This document shows, piece by piece, positions 12,201-21,200 of a stretch of 64,000 nt of DNA. Positions within the stretch are counted from its first letter, which is position 1. Each line of letters begins with the position of its first letter. The notes under the pieces were generated by a model that made no database searches, was not told the origin of the DNA, and saw nothing but the letters and a program-made list of their open reading frames with translations. This DNA is from a virus: positions 7,268 to 71,267 of IMG/VR virus record IMGVR_UViG_3300044617_002308; one strand, written 5' to 3'. The position numbers were made by a program, and so were the translations under genes.

Positions 12201-15200
12201 GCGTTGAATTGCCGGCTGCCTTGGTCGGCGTAGCGGATGCCGGGGATGCCTGCGGCGAGGAGGGCTTCGGAGGCTTTCTTTGAAGCGTCAACGCCATCGC
12301 GTGAAAACTCCGCATCGGGAAATGTGGCGCGAAGTGTGCTGTATAATGCCCCGCCAACCTGCTCCCCACTTTTCCCAAAAATTGCGTCCTGCCACAACCA
12401 ATTGCCGGAGATTGATTGCAATGCTGCCTGCACCTTTGGACTTTGGTCGGAGAGCGGCTTGTCCCAATCGAGCATGTCAGCATCATCCACATCGAGTTCG
12501 ACGGCGTAGAGGTTGCCGGGTTGAGTTGTTTCTCTGCCTACGCGCGGGATAACCGCATCATAAGCAGCGATGATTCTTTCTTTGTTCGCGTAGTTATCAT
12601 CGTATTTGGTTGCATTGTCGCGTTGCTGAATAAGCCACGCTTTTAGATCGCTGGTTCCATTTGCGGGAAATGCGCCGATGTCGTTAAATACCAACCGGAC
12701 ATTTTCATCTGAACTTGATTTGAGTTTTTTGGCCAGCGTTGGAGTGATCGTTTGCCCATCAAGTGTATTCTTCTTCCGTAAATCTCCAGCCAGCCTTCTG
12801 CGGTATTCCTCCGCAGCAGCCCGCGCCTCCGCAAAATAAAGCCCCCAGCCATAAGCCTGCGCGCCCTCGCCGGTTCCGATCTTGTCGAGGCGGAAGCGGT
12901 CCACCTTGTGCGGCGTGCCGTGGTGGGCTTTTTTGAGGAACAGGATGCCGGGTTCGGTGGTAACCTCGGCGTTGGCCAAACGCACGCGGGGCTTTGCGGC
13001 TACGGCGCGTTCGCCCATGCCGTCATCGAAGTCCGTGGTGGTGCCATACATCGGGCGGTTTTCGGTGAACCGCGCATCCACCAAGTCGAGCACGTCGCTG
13101 GGCGTGAAGGTGTCGAACCCATGCCCGCGCAGGCTTTGGGCGAGCCGATCCAAGTCGGGCGCGTTTTTGCGGAAGATGCGGGAAACAAAAATGCCCTTGC
13201 CGCCGTAGGCTCCCTTGCCCATGGCTTTGGCGCTTTCAAAGAGCGTGGTGAGTTCGCCGCGGTGGCTTTCGGCGCTTTCAGAAGTGGGCGAGGGCAGTCC
13301 GCCCGCCATTTGGATGGCGTCCAAAAGCTCGAAGCCGCTGGCGCTGGCGTCTTCCATGGCTTTGTCGAGGTTGCCCGCCTCGGCTCGCAGATCGTCGAGA
13401 TACTCGCGCTGCATGGCCTCCAACTCGGCCTGCTCAGCGTCGGTTTTCATTTGCTCGGGCGTCTTGCCCATGCGCACGCGCAGGGAGCCATCCGGGCGCG
13501 GCGTGGCTTTGAGCGCGCCGAGTTGGATCATTTGCGCCCAGGAGAGCGGAGCGGAGTCGCGGTTGGTGAACCCGGCGGGGCTGGCGATGCCGGCCTTCAA
13601 TGTCAAGTCGGCGGGGGCGATGTCGCGGGTGCCATCCTGCAAGACGTCATGCACGGCGTCGATGAAGGCGGCCTGCGAGCGCAGGAGCGGGCCTTCCGGC
13701 AAGCGGCTCATGTTCATGAGGAGTGTGCCGGGGTGGAGATTCGCCATGCCGAGGCGCTTGGCCACAGCCACAGCCTGCGTGACAAGGCGGTCGAGACTCT
13801 CGGGCGTGGACTCGCCGCGCTCGCGGGCCTCGCGGAAGTCGCGCATCTGGCTCACAAAAAGCTGGTAGAATTTCGGGACGAGCTTGGCGTCTTTGTCGCT
13901 CAACTCCGGCATGCCCTCGTCCTCGGCGGCTGGATCGGCCTCCTGCTCCATCTCGGCGGCGCGGGCTTCCAGTTCGGCCTCCTTCGCGTCGAATTCGGCG
14001 GCAACGCGATTGGCCTCGGTGCGGGCCTGCGCATCGTCCGTGATCGGAATCTGCGCGGGCGTGCCTCCCTGCGGGCCGCGAACGAGGTAAAGCCGGCCAC
14101 TCTTGGTGACGCGCGGGTGGAGCGGGATGTCGGACGCGGGTTTTTCCACCGGGCCGAGTTGGGCATCGATCTCCTCCACACGCTCATTGCGGGTGAGGCG
14201 CGGGGCGATGCCCGCCTTGGCCATGAGGTCGTAGCCTTTCTGGTTGATCACGCGCTGCCCGCGGTAGATGTCCACCATGCCGCGCTGGCGCAGATCGGCG
14301 ACATCGGCCTCGCTGGCGGTGTTGCCCGCCACGGCGGCGAGTTTTTCCAAAACCGGAGCCTGCTTGGCGGCGCGCTCGGCGGCGTAGGCATCGAGCGCTT
14401 CCTGCGTGAAGAGGTAGTTGTTGCCGCGCTTCTCGGCGGGAATCACGGCGGCTTTCACTAGGCGCAGGAGTTCCTTCGGCGTGACGCCAAGGGTTTTCGC
14501 GGCTTGGGCCATTTTGATCGTGGGCGCGGCGGCTGGCTCTGTAGGCTCCGGCGGCAATGGCGGCGGGGTCGCCTCGTCTGTCACGACTTCCTGCTTCGGT
14601 GTCACGACTTCTTCCGGCGGGAGCGGGGGCGGTGTGGCTTCGACGCTCTGCACCGGCTGCACGGGCAAAGTGGTAGCAGGAGCGGGAGTCGAACCCGCGT
14701 CTCCAGGATATGAGCCTGGCAACTTAACCTCTCGTCCATCCTGCGGTGTGGAAAATTCTTGGGAAACTGGTGCAACGGCTGTCGGCGCGGCCACACGCTC
14801 GAAGAGATCGCGCACGGCTTGGGGCTTTTTGTTAAATTCTTGGATGCCTTTTTTGAACGCCGCCTTCACCTGATCAAGGTTCGTGACGAGGATCGCGGTA
14901 TCGGCTAGGCCTGAGAGGATCAGGAACGGCTGGGCCGTCATCACGCCGGAGACGAGTTTGAGCCCGATGCCCACGGTGGCGAAGATCACCTGTGGCTTGC
15001 TGAGTTTTCCGCCTTGGGCAGCGCGGTAGAGCTTGTAGGTGCCAAGGAACGAGAGTCCGCCGCCGAAAACCTCGCCGATGTTGGTCGAGAGCCAGTCGGT
15101 GGCCACGCGGTCGCTCACTGCGCCGCTCTGCACCAAAAGCTCCACGCCGGGGAGCGGCAGGCCGCTGCGGGTGAGGCTGTCTTTGAAAAGTTGGATGATG

Positions 15201-18200
15201 TAGCTCGGGACTTCGCTCCAGCCGAACTCGGCGGCCACATTGTCCACATTGGTGAAAAAGTCGTGTCCATACCACACGCGGTGCAGTCCGGGTTCGCTCG
15301 CGGCTTGGATGATCGCGTTACCGGCGGGGTTGGTGTCCGCGTTCATGGCGTCGATCCATTTCCCGATTTCGTTTCCGGGGTTGAGCTTGTCGTAGAGCGC
15401 GGTGCCGTAGTTCAGCGTCTCGCCGTAGGCCGTGTATTGGCTCGGGATGCCGGTATCGACGATCTTGTAGCCGAAGGAGCCAGCAGCGGAAGTGAGGGAG
15501 GTATTGAGGGCTTCTTGCGTCCACTTCTGCGCCCCGCGAGCGGGCTTGGGAACGAAGGCTTGGTTGCGCGGTGCGGCCTTCTCGGGCAGGCGGGTGAGCG
15601 GCGCGGCGGGAGTGTCGATTGTCTCGGCAGGCTCAACAGCAGAAACCGGCGGCGCGTTGGCCTGCTCCACGGGAGCCTCCATGGGCGAAGCAGCCTCGGC
15701 GGCGGGAGTCGCGGGCTGCGGGGTGATGCCAAGCATGGCGTCGAGTTTGGCCACTTCGGCATCGATCTTGGCGGCGGTTTGCTCAAACTCGGCGCGGGTG
15801 TCGGGATCAAGTTGGCCGAGAAGCTCCTCGCGCAGCCAGCGGGCGATGTCTTGGAGCGCTTCCTTGATGCGCTGGGCGAAGGAAGGATCGCTTTCCGCAA
15901 GTGAAGCCACCTCGGAGGCCATGTCCACCTGCTCGGTGGTGCGGCCCTCGGTGACGGCGTTCAAATACATGCGCCAGAACTCGGCTCCGGCTTGGAACTC
16001 ATCCACTTCGACTTGCGTCCAGTCGCCGCCCACGGCTTCGAGTTCGGCGGTGAAGTAGGTTTCCACCACACGCTGCTTGGCGGTGTCGGGCAGGGTTTGC
16101 CAGTCTTGGATCACCTCGGCGCGCTTGCGCACGTTCATGGTGGCGACATGGATCACCTCCTCGCGCAGGGCGGCTTTGAGTTTTTCTTGGCGGGCTTCGG
16201 GGGCGACTCCGCCCAAGTATTCCACCAGCGCGGTTTCATCGATGTAAACCTTGCCTTGATGGGCAAACATGGGCGATGGGCTCGGCGTGTAGCGGGCGCG
16301 CTCTTGCTTAGGAAGCTCGGCGTAGGTTTTGGCATCCACCACCCGGTTGCCGCGCGTGAAAAAGCGTGGCGAACGAACCACCAGAGGTGCGCTGGAAACC
16401 CACGGCGCGGCGGTTTGAAGCATGAGAAGCGCGGTGCCGCGGTTGACGGGTTGGGTGAAGACATCGGCGGTTTCCGTCTCGGGAAGCGGCGGGGGCGTTG
16501 TGTCTGCGGTTGGATCGAGGGTAGTGGTGACGCTCTCGGAAGTCGTGTCGGTAGCGCTGCCTGCCGGGGTGGTGGCCGTGTAACCTTCTTGGCCAAACTC
16601 GCCGGGTTGCACGGCATCAGGAGTCTGCGGGTTGAGCGCGTAGGCGGCCTTGTCTTCGAGCGTCTGGAAAAACTGCGTGTTCTCCGGCGTGATGGTGAAG
16701 ATCGGAGCCTCGGGGCTGGTTTGCTGCCAAGTGCCATCGGGTTGCTTCTCAAAAGTTCCGGTGACTTGCGCGCCGTCCGGGGTTTGGAAGTTTTGCGTGA
16801 CGGGCGGCGTGACAGAGATCGGAGCGGGGATTTGCGGGCCGGTGGTATTGGTTGGGGTGCTTGGCGTGACTGGCGCGGGCACTGGAGTCTCGCCAACAGG
16901 AGTCTGCGGCGTGGCAGGAGCAGGCGTTGTTGGCTGCACCGGAACAGTCGGCGTGGCGGGCGCGCTGGGGGCAGGAGCGGAAGGCGTGGTGCTGGCGGCT
17001 GGCGGTTGCGTGGAGACGCTTGGCGTGGTCGGTGTGGGCGCGGAGGGCTGAACGGGAGTTGTCGCGCTGGCGGGTTTCTTGTCGGCGATCAAAACAGGAC
17101 GGCCATTCACCATGCGAAACACGCCGCCATACTTGGCGCGGAGTTCGGCGTCGCGCTCGGCTTGCGTTTTGCGAAGCACGGGGGCTTTGGCCGTCTCGGG
17201 CGCGGCTTGTTTGATCTCCTCGCGGAATTCATCGGTGAGCACGATGTCGTCGCCGTAGGTGTAGGCGGCGGGCTTGCCGCTCGCGGTCTGGTGGCCGAGG
17301 AGCGTGGACTCCTGCGAGACGCTCAAGGGCACGCCGTTGGCGGCGCGCAGGGCGGCATCCACCACCTCGCGCTGGCCGGGGGGCAGGGCGTTGATCTCGC
17401 GGGCGGTGTTGATCGACATCTCGCTCACGGCGGCGGTGTCGAGCAGGTTGGCTTGGAGGGAGTTCTCGATGCGGGATTTTTCCGAGAGGAGTTGTTGGCG
17501 CTGCGGGTTCGGCGTGAACGGGATGTTGCCCGGGCGCACTTGCGGATCGGCGGGAAGGGCGTTGAGACGGGCATTGACATCGGCCAATTGCACCATCAAG
17601 TCCTTGCGCTGGGTGTTGAGCGTGGCAACGAACTGCGGGCTTTGGTAGTTCTGGGCCTGGCGGGCGACTTCCACCGTGAGTTGGGTGCCGGTGTTGTTGT
17701 GTTTGTTGTAGTTGGCAACGAACTTGGTGAGCGCCTTGGTTTGCGCCCGCTCGTTTAGCATTTGCTTGGTGGCGTCGTAGCCCAGGCTGACGGCTCCGCC
17801 GCCAATGGCATGAACTGGCCCCATGCCGACGCCGAGGATCGCTCCATGGATGCCTTGGTTGATGGCATCTCCGAATGATGCTCCGGCTTCGCCAAACGAG
17901 GCCACGGCTTCTTGGAAAAACTCGCCGCCGCCGGAGACGAGGGACTGCTTGCCGAAGTCCACGCTGGAGTTCCAGATTTGCTGCCCTCGGGTGAGGGAGA
18001 TGCCGGGTGTGGTTTCGATCTTGCCAAGGGTGCGCCAACTATCGGCGATGTTGTCGCCGATGCGTGAAAAGGAAGACACGGCATTGGCGGCCTTATTGAG
18101 GTTCGAGCCCACGCGGGTGGCCGCGCCCACGGCTTTCACGCCGTAAAGTGCGCCGCCTGAAACAATGCCAAGGAGGTTGACTCCCAGTTCGATGGCTTGC

Positions 18201-21200
18201 TCTGTCAGAGGGGCGACATAGCCGCCGCGAATGGCGGACTTGAAGCCGCCGAATGGCGTTGTCTCATTGATCGCGCCGTTCATGGTGGCGTAGTCGGCGG
18301 CGGCGCGCTGAATTTCGAGTTCGGACTGGCTGCTGAACGAGGCGGCGCGGGCCTGCGCGGCGAGGCGGGGATCGCGGGTCTGCTGGTAGGCGGCGGCGAA
18401 TTGCGCGATGGCCGAGCGAGGATCGCTCATGCTGTTCTCGTAGCTCATGCGGTAGCCCGCGCCGTCTTCGAGGCCGAGCGCGGAAGTCCAGCCGCTGGCA
18501 TTCGCGCGCATCTGGTTGAATTCCCCAGTGAGTCGGGAAATTTTTTCCTCATGGGCCTTGTATTTGACTTTCGTCAGGTTGCCGGAATCGACATCGCGCA
18601 GGTAGTCGTCCCACGCGCGGTTAAGCGCGCCGGCGGTTTTTCCGTCCCAGACATCTTTCATGGCATCGTCCACGGCGTAGGTGCCAGTGAGGGCTTGCAG
18701 GGCAATGCCGGTGGGTGATGTCAAAAATGAAAGGTTACGGATCGGGGTGATGCGATCGGCCACGGCAGCCGACATATTGCGCACGCTGGCCATCGTCTGG
18801 CTGCCGATGATTTGCTTTTCCTGATCGGTTAAAAGATTTCTGCCCCCCTCGGGAAGCCACGCATTGACTTTGGAGGAAACCGTCTCTCCGGCCAGGTTGG
18901 CCAGCGGGCGGGCCACAGAGCCAAAAACATCGGTGACTTTGTTGTAAAGTCCGTCGCCCAGAATCGCGCCTGTGCCTTGTAATATGCCGACAACCGATCC
19001 GCCCATGTCGACGATGTCCCAGAAACCTTTATTCACCCACTCGGTGAATGGCACATCCTTGAGTGCATTGTCGCGGGCGGCAGTAAAAGCCGGGTCGGTG
19101 AAGTCCACGCGGGTGCGGTTCTGATCAAGATATTCGGAAAGGAAGGCTTGGCGGGCGTCGGCGGTGAGGTTGGTGGCGCGGCGCTGGGCTTCGCCGCCTT
19201 TGAACAGGCTCCCCACAAAGTCGATCGTGCTTTGTCCGAAAAGATCAAGCTGCTTGTCTTTTAGGATGCCACCGAGTTTCTGTGTGTATTCTTGGCCTTT
19301 GGCGGTGTTTTTCTGCCAGTCCTGCCAAGCCTCGTTCACGCTCGGCATCACGGGATCGGTGCCGTAGAACGCGCGCTCCAGCAGTCGGCCTTCCTGCGCG
19401 CTGATGATGCCATTCTCGAAAAGAGCACGGGTATCAAGGCGGCGGTTGGCCGGGGCGATGTCCTTCTGGCGCGGGTCCAACTCCGCGATCATCTCTTGGC
19501 GCTGGGCGGGCGTGGCCACGGTCCAGCGGGTGAGCGTGTCGTTGAAGCGCTCGGCGTCCATTTTCTGGCCAGCCCAGGCGTCCTTGGCGGTTTGCTCCCA
19601 AGTGGCGAGTTCGTTCTTGTAGTTGTTCATCACCTCGCGGCGCTGGTCGGCCGGGAGCATGGAAAGGGAGAGATCGCTGGGCTTGCGGGGCTTGAACTGC
19701 GAGGCCCACTCATCTGACATCGGCAGGTATTCCTTCACGCCGTCGAGCGGGCTGCCGCTGAGTTGGGAGGGGGAGAGGCGGTTGTCCTTGTTGAGTTCGA
19801 TAAATGGCACGCCGTTGCGGTCGAACTGGTAGGTGCCGACATCCACGGGCTTGCCCTTGGAAGTCCACGGCATGGGGATGCCCCAGATGCTCGACTGCTC
19901 GTCGCGGGTGGTGGTGATCGCGCCTTTGTTCAGAACGAAGTTCTGCGGAAGTTTGACGTCGTAGAGGCCGAACTGGTTGGCGTTGGCGCGGGCTTCCTGC
20001 GCCTCGGGCGTCATCCAGGAGCGGGGAATCTCGGTGATGCCGGTTTTGTTGACGAAGTCTTGGATTTTGGCCTTGATGGCGGGCGAGGCGTCGGGATCGT
20101 GCAGGAGGCCGGTGGGCTGGCCTTTGGCGTTCGTGCCGGTGAGCTTGTAGGTGCCGGTGGCGTCCATCTTGGCCAGCAGGGCGTTGGTTTGCTCGATGGA
20201 CTTGTTGCGGCCCCAGGCGTCGATCTTGGCGTCGGTGCGGGCTTTTTGGTTGGCGTTCCAAGCGTTCGTGATCGAGTCCGCGATCTTGAGGGAGTCGGGC
20301 GCGAGGTTTTTGGCAGTCGCGATGCTGCGATCTGTGATCGCGCCCATGAGGGCGGCGACGGGATCGTTGTTGTAAGTGGTGGCGGACTGCTGGGACTTGG
20401 AGATGCGATCAAGCGCGCTTTGCAGGCCGAGGCCGCCTTTGGGATCGCCCTGGTAGGCGAGCTTCTGGCGGGAGGCGAGGTCGTCGGCGAGGCGCTGGTC
20501 GTTGGCGCTTTCGACCTGCTGGCGGTAGGCGGCTTTCTTGTAGGCATCGATCTGTTCGAGTTCCAGGCGCTCGCGCAGGCCCTTGTTCTTGCCGTTGAGT
20601 TGGTCGATCTCGCCTTGGAGGCGCTTGTGCTCCTCGCTGTTGGACTGGCGTTGTTGCTTTTCCAGCGCGCGGATCGCCTTTTCGTTGTCGGCAATGAGCT
20701 TGCGGGTGGCCGCGGCCTTGTCGCTGGCTTGGTCGGCCTCGCGCTTGGCATCGGCGGTCTTGGCGGCGAGTTCCTTGGCCAGCGCGGGATCGTTGCCGAC
20801 TTTGGAAGGATCGAAGCCCACCCATTTCCACGGGAGCCCTTCGACAACTTTGTAAACATGGCCGTCCTTGACGACGGTTTTCCCATCCGCATCGGGATCG
20901 ATCGGCGTCATGGCCCTCGTCTTGGGGTCCATGGCGTAGGGAAGGCCAGTGTCGCCGTCCCAAAGCACACCGCTGTTGCCCCACTTCTTCATCACGCCGC
21001 CGGAGGGGGCGGTGATCGGGACAATGCGCCGCGAAGCTCCGCTGCCCTCGGTGAAAAATGCAATGGCATCGCCCTTGTAGTCGCTGGCTTGCTGGCGGGC
21101 GGCGCGCTCGGCATCGCGGGCTTGCTGGCGGGCTTGGCGCTCTTGTTCACGCTGGGCGCGGATGAGTTCGCGTTGGGCTTTTTCCTGCGCCTTGGCGTAT

